A stretch of 64,000 bases of DNA from assembly GCA_951406725.2 (NCBI GenBank), contig OX597825.1:74834001-74898000 (forward strand). Direction: 5' to 3'. Position 1 is the first letter of the stretch. Each line of letters starts with the position of its first letter. This document shows, piece after piece, positions 40,239-53,920 of the stretch. The position numbers were made by a program, and so were the translations under genes. The DNA comes from Octopus vulgaris. Its lineage: Eukaryota. The notes beneath the pieces were generated by a model that worked only from the letters and a program-made list of their open reading frames with translations, did not search any database and was not told the DNA's origin.

Positions 40239-40332
<94 letters not shown>

Positions 40333-41359
40333 AAAGAATAAACCGATTTCATTACGCAATATTTTAATAAAGAAAAGCAATAGAAAACTCCAACTAAGTC
40401 ACAAGTATTTATTCACAATCAACTTTTATTTCCTGCCATAGAAGTGTTCAATGTGGCCACCACCTGCAGCACGGGTAACATCAAAGCGGTAACAGAATTC
40501 CGGGATTGTAGTGGAAGATACCTCCCGAAGATTCCACGCAGTGGGACTGAACTCTGAACCATGTAGTTGGGAAGTTTATATTATCAACTGTTTATTTACA
40601 TTTGTTTTTAAATCCAGGGTGTAAGGTATGATATAAAGAAGATTTTCAAATACGATACTTAATCACATTGAGATTGTTATACGGTTGTTATACCAAACTG
40701 TGGAACGTAAATTGATTAAACGTAGAACGTTACTGGTGAAGAGTAAAAGATTTTCAACTTAGAAGAAAATGAACGGAAGTTAAACACTTTAATTACCTTT
40801 AATTAACGCTTTAATACTCTTTTAGTTATTGTTTTATATGCAGATCGCTTATCTGAGTTATTTATTCTCTCAACAATTGTTTTTTGGTTTTTTTTCTATA
40901 GTAACCATTGTATGTACAGTACTGAAAATCTTCTTTATGATTCTCTCACCTCAACTTTGAAAAGTACAATGACATATATACATACTCTGCAGATGAGGTT
41001 CTAATTATACCAAAACGTGCCCAGTGTTATCCCCCTTACTTGTTAAAATAATTCTATAATATAATAATCGAAGCAATGTTATTCATTGATTAATATTACT
41101 TTTTTTGTCTTACTACGTATTTTCTTTTTCATTCCCAACATTAAATAAGTTAGTGATAACTTTAAACTGTGGAACAGGTTGGATATCTTAACCCATGAAA
41201 ATTTGGAACCCAGTCGTTGCCGGACTACAGAAAAGTGTCTGAAAACAAAATACCCGAAAACAGAATACTCCGAAAGGATGAAAAGCAAAGTCGACCTCTG
41301 CAGAATTTGAACTCGGAACGTATGCCATTAAGCATTTTGCTCAGTGTGCTTAATATTAC

Positions 41360-41790
41360 TTCGAGTATGTTTCGAGTGACGTGACATGATATAAGAAAGA
41401 GATATCGCATTGAGTCAGCGGGCTTAAAATATGTATTGATGAGTTTCTTTTTGCTATTAGGGCATCTAAGAATGAGAGCTTATAATTACTGAACTTCATA
41501 AAGAATTGAATGTGATAGTTATGTTGTTGATGAGATTTTGAAATAGGTTCAGTTTATCGAGATTTTCCCTTCGTAAAATGAAGCAGACATGTAAGAGTCT
41601 CTTCAAGTTCTCTTTCACGTAACAGCTGAATTCATCCCCACATATTTGTGAGGATTATTCATAGATTTCCAGTTCATGGTATCATGCTATAGATTTGGCA
41701 TATGTTGGGACGACTGTGGTTCCCATGACGGTTCCTGACTTTCGTTGGTAGGCTGTGGATCTTGAATACATATAATTTGAATTGAGCTAC
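41360..41790 (-). mobile_element. Decayed Penelope-like reverse transcriptase fragment
   Basis: Hand translation of minus frames: AYQRKSGTVMGTTVVPTYAK (YxQxxGxxMGxxxxPxxAN), YVKENLKRLLHVCFIL (WxRYxDDxF with DD lost), HIQF..LSFLDALI, YFKPADSMRYL..SCH; frameshifted. Confidence 0.8.
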
Positions 41791-42869
41791 ATTGTATCAT
41801 CTTACTGCCATTTATGCCTAACATTATTTTACAGTAATGCATTCTATTAACAAATGTAAAAGGAACATTTGAGTATTTGAAAGAGAATACTCGGTATCTG
41901 AAAATTAAAATCGAAGATACCTTTTTAACACCTTATTGCAATTACTACTTTACTAATTTAAACTTAAATGTCTTTATGCACAATTAATAATAATTTCTTA
42001 CTGATGCAAATATTAGTGATCCTATCCTTATACATTCTTGTTACTTGCCTCACCACAAGGTGTCATCCCATTTCAAACAACATACTGCTATACGCGTTTG
42101 AATTCTTGTAAATTTTCTACAGGAAACCTTGTAAAGCGTCTTGTAATTGTTCATGTAACCTGTTACCAATTACTAACATTTACGGCCACGCAGGGGAGCT
42201 GACTTAACAGATAAAGCCTGAAGCTATCTTTCATATATTTCTACATCGGTTGAGATATTAAGATTAAATCTCATAACTTCACTAAGTCTGGCAATGGTGT
42301 TCTAGTAAATATGCGTATGTGAGAGTATCTATGTATGGATGGATGGATATGTGTATGGATGGATAGATGAACGGATGAATGGACGGACGAACAGATGGAT
42401 GGAGGGATGTGCGAGTGTGTCTACGTATGTATGTGAAAAACAAATGTTTAAGCATTTTTGAAATATAAATATTTTTTCACATTATATACTTCTGTACGCA
42501 CTTATATAGAATATATTTTTGTTTTTCTTGGGCCCAAGGACTCATAAGACCAGTTACCCGGTTTCCATGGCTTATAAGTGACACGGATCACAACATTGCT
42601 CTTGAGAGGGACACCAATCTGTTGCAGGGTTCAATGCCAACAATTTTGAAAGGAGGAGGCAAGTTGATTACATCGACTCCAGTACATGACTGGTATTTTC
42701 TTTTATCGACCCAGAAGGGATTAAATGCCAAGTTAGTCGCGACGGGACTTGAACTCAGAGCGTAAAGAGCCGGAAGAAATGCCATTGAGCATTTTGTCCG
42801 ACACACCAACGACTCTGCCATCTCGCCACCTAATGCCGATATTACGATGTTATACGATGTTTTCAGGCA

Positions 42870-43100
42870 AAAACGTTAGCACACCGGGCGAAATGCTTAG
42901 CGGTATTTCTTCTGCCGCTACGTTCTGAGTTCAAATTCCGCCGAGGTCGACTTTGCCTTTCATCCTTTCGGGGTCGATTAAATAACTACCAGTTACGCAC
43001 TGGGGCCGATGTAATCGACTTAATCCGTTTGTCTGTCCTTGTTTGTCCCCTCTTTGTTTAGCCCCTTGTGGGTAGTAAAGAAATAGGTATTTCTTCTGTC
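42870..43100 (+). mobile_element. SINE family A
   Basis: Family A consensus. Confidence 0.88.
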
Positions 43101-43110
43101 TTTGCGTAGA

Positions 43111-43278
43111 TGTAGGAGTGGCTGTGTGGTAAGTAGCTTACTTACCACCCACATGGTTCCGGATTCAGTCCCACTGTGTGGCACCTTGGGCAAGTGTCTT
43201 CCACTATAGCCTCGGGCCGACCAAAGCCTTGTGAGTGGATTTGGTAGACTGAAACTGAAAGAAGTCAGTCGTATATTA

Positions 43279-43321
<43 letters not shown>

Positions 43322-43529
43322 GTGTGTGTGTGTGTGTATGTGTATATGCTTGACAACCGATGCTGGTGTGTATACGTCCCCGTAACTTAGCAGTTCGGTA
43401 AAAGAGAACCGATAGAATAAGTACTAGGCTTACAAAGAATAAGCCCTGGGATCGATTTGCTCGACTAATGGCGGTGCCCCAGCATGGCCACAGTCAAATG
43501 ACTGAAACAAGTAAAAGAGTAAAAGAGTA
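43111..43529 (+). mobile_element. SINE family B (CORE-like), full length
   Basis: GGAGTGGCTGTGTGGTAAG head, ACCTTGGGCAAGT core-like motif, internal (TA)/(TG), (GTAAAAGA)n tail. Confidence 0.88.
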
Positions 43530-43969
43530 GAATGTGTGCAGCCAACCTTTCCTCAGATTTGCGCTTCAAATTTGCTTCAGTGCTTACGAACCGTCATTGC
43601 TTACTCGCAGTTCAGAAACTCTACGATTACATATTTTCCTTTGATCACACATTCAATATGTTTTATCTCTTTCTGTCCTGTATTTTGTGTAAATAAATCG
43701 TTTATGAAAAAGTTTTTTGTGAGGTTACGAATACGGACATGGCTGAGAGATGAAACGAATTATTATACATTTACTAATGAAAATGAAACAATTTAACGTC
43801 ACGAAATCATACCACGCCCCAGTACATTTTATTTATTAATCTTTATTTCCAATCTTTATTGTCTCGTTCCATTAGTAAATATAGAATTTATAATAACAGA
43901 TTAAGATGGATTCCTCTGCTTTGCAATTCTTTCATAATGCGTAACTTATCACCCAATTGCTCCTTAACT

Positions 43970-44068
43970 ATGCATATATATATGATATACATACATACAT
44001 ACATATATACATATATATATATGATATTTACATAAACATATATATATGATATGTACATAAACATATAT

Positions 44069-44118
<50 letters not shown>

Positions 44119-44450
44119 TTAAACATATATATACATATATATATATACATACATACATACATATATACATACATACATGTATGCATACATACATACATAG
44201 ATGCATGCATACATTCATGCATACATACATACACACACACACACATACATACATACATACATACATACATGCATACGTACATACATACATAAATACATAC
44301 ATACATACATACATACATACATACATACATACATACATACATACATACATACATACATACATACATACATACACACATACATACATACATACATATACGT
44401 GTGTGTATGTGTATGTGTGTGTGTCTGTGGGTGTCTGTCTGTCTGTATGT
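43970..44450. repeat. (CATA)n/(TA)n microsatellite field
   Basis: Read directly. Confidence 0.95.
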
Positions 44451-44569
44451 ATAGACTATCTAAATGTGTAGAACTTTCTCTTCTTCCACAAGTTTAATGA
44501 CGATGTTGATTCTCGCCGCACTTTTTTTACTTTGAAATTACATAAAAATATTGAATTCTATTTTTGGCA

Positions 44570-44986
44570 GAAAGCCAACAATTCCGAGTGGGGTAGGATG
44601 TTAGTCGATTACATCGACCTCAGCGATCAACTGGTACTAATTTTATCGACCCCGAAAGGATGTAAGACAAAGTCGACCCCAGTAGAATTTGAAATCAGAA
44701 CGTAAAGACGAACGAAATGCCGCTAAGCACTTTGTCCGGCGTACTAACAATTCTTATTTCTTTATTGCCCACAAGGGGCTAAACACAGGGAGGACAAACA
44801 AGGACAGACAAAAGGATTAAGAAGATTACATCGACCCCAGTGCGTAACTGGTATTTAATTTATTGACTCCGAAAGGATGAAAGGCAAAGTTGACCTCGGT
44901 GGAATTTGACATCGGAACGTAGTAGCAGACGAAATACGGCTACGCTTTTCCCCGGCGTGCTAACAATTCTGCCAGCTCGCCGCCTT
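44570..44986 (-). mobile_element. SINE family A, nested/tandem copies
   Basis: Reverse complement of family A consensus. Confidence 0.85.
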
Positions 44987-45352
44987 AAATTACATAAATA
45001 CATTGGTGTATCTTCTAGTAGCTACAAGACATCTGGAATGTGACCAGCCATTTGCTTGCGGTTTCTAGTGTCTGAGATAATTCTCTATTTAGACATTTAC
45101 AGGTAAATCTCCATGGATACAAATGCAACACCAATAACATTTTGTAATTATCGTTACCTCTTGTGTTGCTTTTCGATTTGGTTTGAAGTAGCTCTAATGA
45201 TTTAATTCCGTGTATTCGGTGGGGATTTGATGAGATTATATATATGTGTGTGTGTGTGTGTAAGGAAAAGATCGTTAGTTTAAAATAAAATAACGATTTT
45301 ATCAAGTGGCCAGCATGGAAAAAACATAACCTTAAAAGGTAATAATTATTAA

Positions 45353-45418
45353 AATTATAAATTAGGGTATCTACGAGATACGAGAAGCATGGTGGTATCT
45401 CGTAGATACCCTAATTTA

Positions 45419-45423
<5 letters not shown>
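45353..45423. repeat. Perfect 29-bp hairpin, 13-nt loop
   Basis: AATTATAAATTAGGGTATCTACGAGATAC / GTATCTCGTAGATACCCTAATTTATAATT. Confidence 0.95.
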
Positions 45424-45473
<50 letters not shown>

Positions 45474-45766
45474 TGTGTGTGTGTGTGTCGTTGCTATTAT
45501 TCAAACGTATCGTAAGTCCAAAACGTTCCTTTTTTGCAGAAAACGAAAAAATAGTTTCACCATTCCATAACAAAACCGTTGTACTACACTTTGACAACTT
45601 TTGATATCTTGGCATCTGAAGCAGCTGAAGATACGGTAGTCTGACCAAAAGGAATCGGCCATTGCAAGCAAAAATAAATATTGGAAAAAATGCATTTGGC
45701 CAAATTTGAAGAAACGACAGTTTAACATAAGAGCAACCATAACTTTTTGTTATCTTACCGTTTTTA

Positions 45767-45806
<40 letters not shown>

Positions 45807-46200
45807 TTATCTAGTTTTAGCTCACGAGCTGTGGCCATGCTGGGGCACCGCCATTACAAATACAACCATATATATATATATATATATATATTTAAATATA
45901 TAATATAATATAATATAATATAAACAGCTAGCCGCAATGTAATATCATAAAGGAAAAAGTTAATCGTCACTAAGCAAGACTAAATGTGCCAAAGGGCCTA
46001 CATTGCTAGAAATAAGGGGTTAACTCTTAATGCTGTAAGAAGACCGCAATGTATATACACTGACGGGTGAGGTAACCGCCCCATCACCGTCTCTAGACTC
46101 CCCAGATTAGGCCTGCTATTTCTAATTTTTTGGTATATGACGAAGAAACCTGTTGCTTGCTCTTTTTATATATGTGTGTGTGTATGTATATATATATATA

Positions 46201-46410
46201 TACTCTTTTTACTTGTTTCAGTCATTTGACTGCGGCCATGCTGGAGCACCGCCTTTAATCGAGCAACTCGAGCCCGGGACTTATTCTTTTGTAAGCCCAG
46301 TACTTATTCTATCAGTCTCTTTTGCCGAACCGCTAAGTAACGGGGACGTAAACACACCACCATCGGTTGTCAAGCAATGCTAGGTGGACAAAGACACACA
46401 AACATACACA

Positions 46411-46451
<41 letters not shown>

Positions 46452-46610
46452 GACGGGCTTCTTTCAGTTTCCGTCTACCAAATCCACTCACAAGGCTTTG
46501 GTCAGCTCGAGGCTATAGTAGAAGACACTTGCCCAAGGTGCCACGCAGTGGGACTGAATCCGGAACCATGTGGTTGGTATGCAAGCTACTTACCATACAG
46601 CCACTCCTGC
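46201..46610 (-). mobile_element. SINE family B, full length
   Basis: Reverse complement of 43111-43529. Confidence 0.9.
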
Positions 46611-46994
46611 TGTGTGGTAATATATATAATTATATATAGGTGTGGTAATATTATAATATTTATAATTATTAGATAATGAATACTTATTAGATAATACACT
46701 TGGTAGCTTACCGGTAAAGTACGTTCACTTTCACAATGTTCATTGGACATTTGATTAATGACAGAGGCGGAAGATTGAAGACACGAGAATGATTGTTAAT
46801 CACTACAGCTGTTTCGGCCCATCCTTTCAAACTGTCCTCTCAGACCTTTGCTACCTCACCTGAACGACTGTACCAACGCTCCAACCGGATTACCATTGGA
46901 ACTTTATATTTCTCGGAGTCTACCATCATGGATCTTACTGTGTACACTGTCGTTCGTTTGTGTGTGTGTGTGTGTGTGCGCGCGCGCATGCGTA

Positions 46995-47290
46995 TTGGAA
47001 AGACATTGAGAAGTCACAGATCCGGTACTACGGATATGTGATTAGAATGTCTCAGGAAAGAATTGCAAGACGGCTTCTTCAAGCCGAGCCGACTGGCAGG
47101 AGACCTACGGATAGACCAAGAATGAGATGCTTGGATTACATCCGTTGTCTCCGTTGGTCACGCTTGGAATGTCTGCCGGAAAGTGTAGTGATCATCGGCT
47201 CTAATAGAACCCTGTGGAAGAAGTGTCTGGAGACTCAGCCTCAACAACCATTCCAAGAGTAGTGGGAGGAGAAAATGGATGGATAGATGC
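46995..47290 (+). mobile_element. RTE-clade LINE 3' end
   Basis: IEKSQIRYYGYVIRMSQERIARRLLQAEPTGRRPTDRPRMRCLDYI (RWxGHVxRM...GxRxxGRPxxRWxD motif), (GGAT)n-type tail. Confidence 0.8.
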
Positions 47291-47656
47291 ATGCATGCAT
47301 GCAGGTACGTTCTGAGTTCAAATGCTTCCGAGGTCGAATTTGCCTTTCACTCGGGATCGAGAAAATAAATACCAATTGAGCACTAAGGCAAATGTAATCG
47401 ACTGCTCCCACCATTCCTCCTCCCGAAAATATTTCAGACCTTCTGCCTCAAGTAGAAAGAATTATTATTACGTGACTGCATACTAATTTAGTTAGCGACT
47501 ATCTTATCTTTATGTTTGGGTACAGGTCTCCTCAAGTCTCAAGAGTCTTTATTGCAGAATACAGCACCATACTTTTCTGCTGATTGGGTGTTGTACCAAG
47601 CACATTAATTACCTCGGCGGAATTTGAACTCAGAACGTAGCGGCAGACGAAATACC

Positions 47657-48202
47657 TATTTCTTTATTACCCACAAGGGGCTAAACACAGAGGGGACAAA
47701 CAAGGACAGACATAGGTATTAAGTCGATTACATCGACCCCAGTACGTAATTGGTACTTAATTTATCGACCCCGAAAGGATGAAAGGCAAAGTCTACCTCG
47801 GCGGAATTTGAACTCAGAACGTAGCGGCAGACGAAATACGGCTAAGCATTTCGCCCGGCGTGCTAACGTTCCTGCCAGCTCGCCGCCTTAAGTCATTTTG
47901 CCAGTAGGAATTTATGTTTGTGATACATTGGACTCTGGAGAATGTTACGAGTCTCTTACAAGGACCATCGGAATGGGTGTTCCAAGTAGGTAGAAAATGA
48001 CAGCTACAAAACGTAGTGCAAAACAAAAGTTCGTCTATTAATTAACCATTTTCTTTCTTTCAAAAATCGGCACGATCTTTCCGGACAATCCAATAGAAAG
48101 GATTATTATTATTGATATATTTTATTTGGTGATGTTAATTTTTTTTTTAATCTAAAAACTGTTGCGTTTTAATATTCACATGCACTCACGCACACATACG
48201 TG

Positions 48203-48233
<31 letters not shown>

Positions 48234-48914
48234 GTGGGGAGACACAAAGACAAAGTCAATCTATTAGTGATGTAAGGGAAATAACTCTTATAAAGTATGT
48301 AAAAAGTTCTTTCCCTTTGACCGTTAAGCGCAGTGATGTATGTTGCGCTTGCAAATTTATTGATGAGGGTACATTAGTATATTAATAATTAATGAAATGT
48401 ATTAGTGATATTGCAGCGAAATATCCTCTCGATTAATCACTCCGACTACCTCTTGTCCGTTCACTGTATTCCTTGTCTGCCTTTCTACTCTTCCATGATA
48501 ATGCTTTCCTCTGCTTCTTCGAATATGGCCAGAATAGACGAACTTTTGTTTTGCACTACGTTTTGTAGTCGTCATTTTCTACCTACTTGGAACACCCATT
48601 CCGATGGTCCTTGTAAGAGACTCGTAACATTCTCCAGAGTCCATGTATCACAAACATAAATGCCTACAGGCCAAATGACTTAAGGCGGCGAGCTGGCAGA
48701 AACGTTAGCACGCCGGGCGAAATGCTTAGCGGTATTACATCTGCCGTTACGTTCTGAGTTCAAATTCCGCTGAGGTCGACTTTGCCTTTCATCCTTTCGG
48801 GGTCGATAAATTAAGTACCAGTTACGCACTGGGGTCGATGTAATCGGCTTAATCCGTTTGTCTGTCTTTGTATGTCCCCTCTATGTTTAGCCCGTCGTGG
48901 ACAATAAAGAAATA
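47657..48914. repeat. Inverted duplication, about 380-bp arms (47657-48039 / 48533-48914): SINE A plus 150 bp of its 5' flank
   Basis: Non-SINE part GGACTCTGGAGAATGTTACGAGTCTCTTACAAGGACCATCGGAATGGGTGTTCCAAGTAGG is present as reverse complement at 48580-48645. Confidence 0.93.
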
Positions 48915-50179
48915 AGAAATGATTGCTTGCACTTAGTTGGGACACATTTGTAAGGGTAAAGATCTCCGTGGGATTTCCCCTTGAAATTCCCCCTCCGAAG
49001 AGCAAGTCCGAGCAAAGTACCAGTCGATGAAATTGACTCCCTTTCCCCAAATTTCAGATTTTCTATCTAAAGTAGAAAAGATTATTCAGTGTTATGTGTT
49101 ATGGTTCGGGGTGGACAAGAAGCTCGTTTCGTAACCATAAAACCATGGGTTCGATCTCATTGCATGGTATCATGACCAAGCATTTTTGTTTGTTTGTTTG
49201 TGTTTGATTTTTGTTTTGTTTTTTCTCCGACCGTAAAGTCCGGTGTCTCACTCCAAGCCTTGTGAGTGAAACTGGGTTGGTGGAATTTATGTGGAAACCC
49301 TTCATATGGATAATACGGGTAATTAGAGAGACTTGCCTCGTGTAATACTTAGTAAAAAAGAAACCCTATTCTAGTCTCATATTAAAGGGACAATAAAAAT
49401 ACCGCGTAAATAATTATATGTTAATGGAAAATTAGTTAACTTTTATTATCGTTTTTTTTTTAAATAACTAAGAATCTAGTAAAATAATTTTGCTGTTAGT
49501 CAGCTCGTGTTTTAGGAACGTAATGTTACTTGAAATTTTTCTAGAAGGTTTTAATTTAGGTTTTAATTTTAAGACGGAATTTTTTTTTATCGTAGAACAT
49601 CTGGTGGCAAAGCATGTAATGGGACATAACTCATGAATCACTCAGAATTCGCCTGATACGATTGCTCTCCCTTTGACTATAAATCGTTGTTTTTGCTGAA
49701 ATTTGTGGCAAATATTTCTTATAAATACAATCGTAAATTTCACTTTATTTATTTGATTGTAATAACCTGTCCTAATTTACATATAATAATTTTTGTGTGA
49801 AACATTATTTTAAACGATTTTGTTAGAAGTTTCATTTATTTAATATCTCATTTAATTACGCATCTTTTGTAAATATTAATTTCCGTAAACAAAATAAAAG
49901 ATTAATACAAAAATCCTTTTTCTTTTTTTAGTTTTAGATCGTACTTTATAGACGAGATATATTCATAATTTCGAAATAACTGAAACCAAAGTTGACAATT
50001 ATCAAAATTTGTAATGATATAAACGACGTTAATATTTCTATTTCTGACATTAATTTATTTACAAAATATTTTTATTTCAGTCTGTTAGTTTCTCGGTAAA
50101 TATTTCCACGAAAAATATTTCTCAGACAGAACCAATGACTTTTCAATCAATTAACATAGTTTTATCGTGCATTTCATTG

Positions 50180-50405
50180 GGATCTTTTCCTTTTGAACGG
50201 CACATGTCAACACAATTTCTAGTTAACTAAACACTTTAAAACTTCGTATACTGGTAGAATGTGTCAAAATAAAACATTTTTTTCTCTTGGCTTTCTTGAT
50301 AAAATTGTAATTTGTTTGTTTAACGTAGTTTAATTTTTCGAATTTTAACCAATGAATCGCCTCTAATTGAGCTAAAATCATTTGCCGTTCAAAAGGAAAA
50401 GATCC
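50180..50405. mobile_element. MITE with 23-bp perfect TIR and 8-bp TSD (Merlin- or hAT-type)
   Basis: TIR GGATCTTTTCCTTTTGAACGGCA; TSD TTTCATTG at 50172-50179 and 50406-50413. Confidence 0.9.
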
Positions 50406-51308
50406 TTTCATTGAATAAATTTTGAAAGAAACGAACACGTAGAAAATGGCGGGAAATGTTAAAAAGCTTTCTTCACTTAATAATTCAACTCGCATTTTTT
50501 AATGTTTCGGAGCCATGTTCTCATTTTACGCGTGCATTGAGTCTGCTGCTCAGTTTCTATCGTTAGAGACCAGAAATTTCTAGGAATCGTGTTATTTCTT
50601 TTGGTCCACATTTTATTTTAGAATAGTTACCTGCAGTCGTTTGCCGATGTTCAGGGAATGGTTAGTTTATTGACGAGGCCTTCTTTCACTTAGAACTTTT
50701 CTAAATAAAGCATATTCTCATGAAATTTTACAGATATACGCTTTGGAAAGTGTAGAATGTAATTATGTTGCTGGCGATGTTTGTGCTACGACAAGCGAAA
50801 CATCGCCATGTTGCTAAACGTTGTATTACTGTTATTATTAAATCGTATGGTTCATAGAGCATTTATATATATATATATATATTTCGTTTTGGGATTTGGT
50901 TTGCAAGATTCTTTATATGACTTCGTGTATTGAAGCATATTCTGTTGTGTCTGGGGAGTGCCATTTTCTTTTTGTACCTTATAATTTAACACACTCACCA
51001 GTAAAATTTCTACTTATTTCTTATTTTTATTTAATTTTATTTTATTTATTTATTATTTTTATTTTTATTATCATCATCATGATCATTATTATCTGATTAT
51101 TCCTGTTCCTGCCTTAACCAATCTTGCTGGGATCCAATCAATGGCTCTAGAACACAAAAGGATGTGTTGTTACTATTTAATGAAGAACACCTTTCTGGAC
51201 ATGAGGGTTGTTCCCAGGCAGTTTTGTTGATGAATTTGTTTAGTGCTTTTCCCTTTTGTTATTATACTTTTAACAAAAGAGAATCATCATCATCATCATA
51301 GTTTGTCT

Positions 51309-51718
51309 ACTTTTACTTGTTTCAGTCATTTGACTGTGGCCATGCTGGAGCACCGTCTTTAGTTGAGCAAATCGACCCTAGGACTTATTCTTTGTAAGCC
51401 TAGTACTTATTCTACCGGTCTCTTTTGCCGAACCGCTAGGTCACGGGGACGTAAGCACACCAGCATCAGTTGTCAAGCGATGTTGAGGGGACAAACACAG
51501 ACACACAAACATACATATACACACATACACATATATATATATATATATATACATAAATACGACGGGCTTCTTTCAGCTTCCGTCTATCAAATCCAACAAG
51601 GCTTTGGTTGGCCCGAGGCTATAGTAGAAGACACATGCCCAAGGTGCCACGCAGTGGGACTGAACCCAGAACCATGTGGTTCGTAAGCAAGCTACTTACC
51701 ATACAGCCACTCCTGCGC
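51309..51718 (-). mobile_element. SINE family B
   Basis: Reverse complement of family B consensus. Confidence 0.88.
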
Positions 51719-52160
51719 CTATGTTGGTCTACTTTTTACATGCTTCTTTGTGTAACGCCACATTGTATTGTCTAGTACCATCTCCAAGGTTTTTTTTCTT
51801 TAAAGAACCCTTAGTTGTGAATAAAGAAAGTATTATTTTTAAGGCGGCAAGCTGGCAAAATTGTTAGCACATCGGGTGAAATGCTTGTTGGTTTTTCGTC
51901 TGCATCTATGTCCTGAGTTCAAATTCCGCCGAGGTCGACTTTGCCTTTCATCCTTTTGGAGTCGGTAAATTAAATACCAGTGAAATACTGGGGCCCAATG
52001 TGATCGACTGGCCTCCTCCCCACAAAATTTCAGGCCTTGTTGCTATATTAGAAAGGGTTAGTATTATTATTATTAATGCTTCTTATTAGTCAATGCTGTA
52101 TACCAGTATTGCTTACATTTCATCTATTTTGTAAATATCATATACTGTGTACACTTGCAT

Positions 52161-52890
52161 TCATCATCATCATCGTTTAACGTCCGCTTTCCATGCTAGC
52201 ATGGGTTGGACGATTTTGAAAGAGAGCTGGCGAGCCAGATAGCTGCACCAGGTTCCAATCTTGATCTGGCAGAGTTTCTACTGCTGGATGCCCTTCCTAA
52301 TGCCAACCACTCCGAGAGTGTAGTGGGTGCTCTTTACATGCTTTGTTTTTAATTATTCAAGTTTATGCAAAACTCCACTCTTTATTCTGTTGTCTCTGGG
52401 GAGAGTCATTCTCTTTTAGTGCCTTATAATTTAACACACCCTCCGGTAAAATTTCCACTTATTTCTTTTTTATTTTTCTAAAATTTTCATTGCATCTTGC
52501 AACCTTTTCAATATGAGTTTTTTGGGGGTTTTTTTGTATATTCCCTCAGCCCCCCATCCATTTCTCTGATGGGGTGGCAAGGTGACAGAATCATTAATTA
52601 AGAAAATGCATGGTGGCATTTTGTCCAGCTCTATATGTCCTCCTCCTCATCATCATCGTTTAACGTCCACTTTCTATGCTAGCATGGGTTGGACGATTTT
52701 GACTGATGGCTGGCGAACCAGATGGCTGCACCAGGCTCCAATCTTGATCTGGCAGAGATGGCTGCACCAGGCTCCAGTCTGATCTGGCAGAGTTTCTACA
52801 GCTGGATGCCCTTCCTAATGCCAACCACTCTGAGAGTGTAGTGGGTGCTTTTTACGTGCCACCGGTATGATGGCCAGTCAGGCAGTACTG
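52161..52890 (-). mobile_element. Two copies of a short retroposon (family D) with (ATG)n tail
   Basis: (CAT)n-CGTTTAACGTCC..CTGGATGCCCTTCCTAATGCCAACCACTC at 52161 and 52648; same family on plus strand at 56350-56757 and 57236-57613. Confidence 0.75.
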
Positions 52891-53370
52891 GCAAGTTCAA
52901 ATAAATACCAATTAAGCAGTATAGTCAATATAACTAACTTCATCTCCCCACCAAATTACAAACCTAGGGCCAAAATTAAAAGGTACCATCATTATTATTA
53001 TTGATTTCAAAAAGCTGGCGAGCAGGTAGAATCGTTAGCACACCAGGTGAAAGCTTGTTAGATGTGATATCATTGGATTTCCCTAATCAGAAAACTAAAT
53101 TATCCAGTTTCATCATCAAAAATTCAACCTTCCTCAATGTGTCTAATAAATACATTCGTTATAATATTTGCACAAAAATAGTTTTACTATCAGGTGTCTT
53201 GCAGAAATCTCCTAAATATTCACAGATGCTAAATGAAGACTAGTAACAAATATGGCTGAATGACTTCACATTTCCTTAAACAAATTGGTTAACAGGAAAT
53301 TGTTTTAAATGGAACTGTCACTGACCTTATCTTTGGCTGTGTTTTTTTTTTCTTGAATGGCTAACATAAG

Positions 53371-53542
53371 CATAGAATAGCTGTGTGGTAAGTAGCTTGC
53401 TTACGAACTACATGGTTCCAGGTTCAGTCCCACTGCATGGCACCTTGGACAAATGTCTTCTACTGTAGCCTCGGGCCAACAAACCAACAAAAGCCTTGTG
53501 AGTGGATTTGGTAGACGGAAACTGAAAGAAGCCTGTCGTATG

Positions 53543-53579
<37 letters not shown>

Positions 53580-53754
53580 ATGTTTGTCCCCCCCCCCCCC
53601 CAATATCGCTGATGATGGTGAGTGGTTACATCCCTGTAACTTAGCGGTTCGGCAAAAGAGACCGACAGAATAAGTACTAGGCTTACAAAGAATAAGTCTT
53701 GGGGTCGATGTGCTCCAGCATGACCATAGTTAAATGACTGAAACAAGTAAGAGT
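53371..53754 (+). mobile_element. SINE family B
   Basis: Family B consensus, CpG-decayed. Confidence 0.85.
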
Positions 53755-53920
53755 ATGTAGGCACAGGTGTAGTTAAGAAGCCTGCTATCCAACCATGCAG
53801 CCTTGGGTTCAGTCCCATTGTACAGCAACTTGGACAAGTGTCGTTTACTTTAACCACAGGCCGACTGAAGCCTTGTGAGTAGATTTGGTTGACAAAAACT
53901 TTGTCATGTTTGTGCACACA

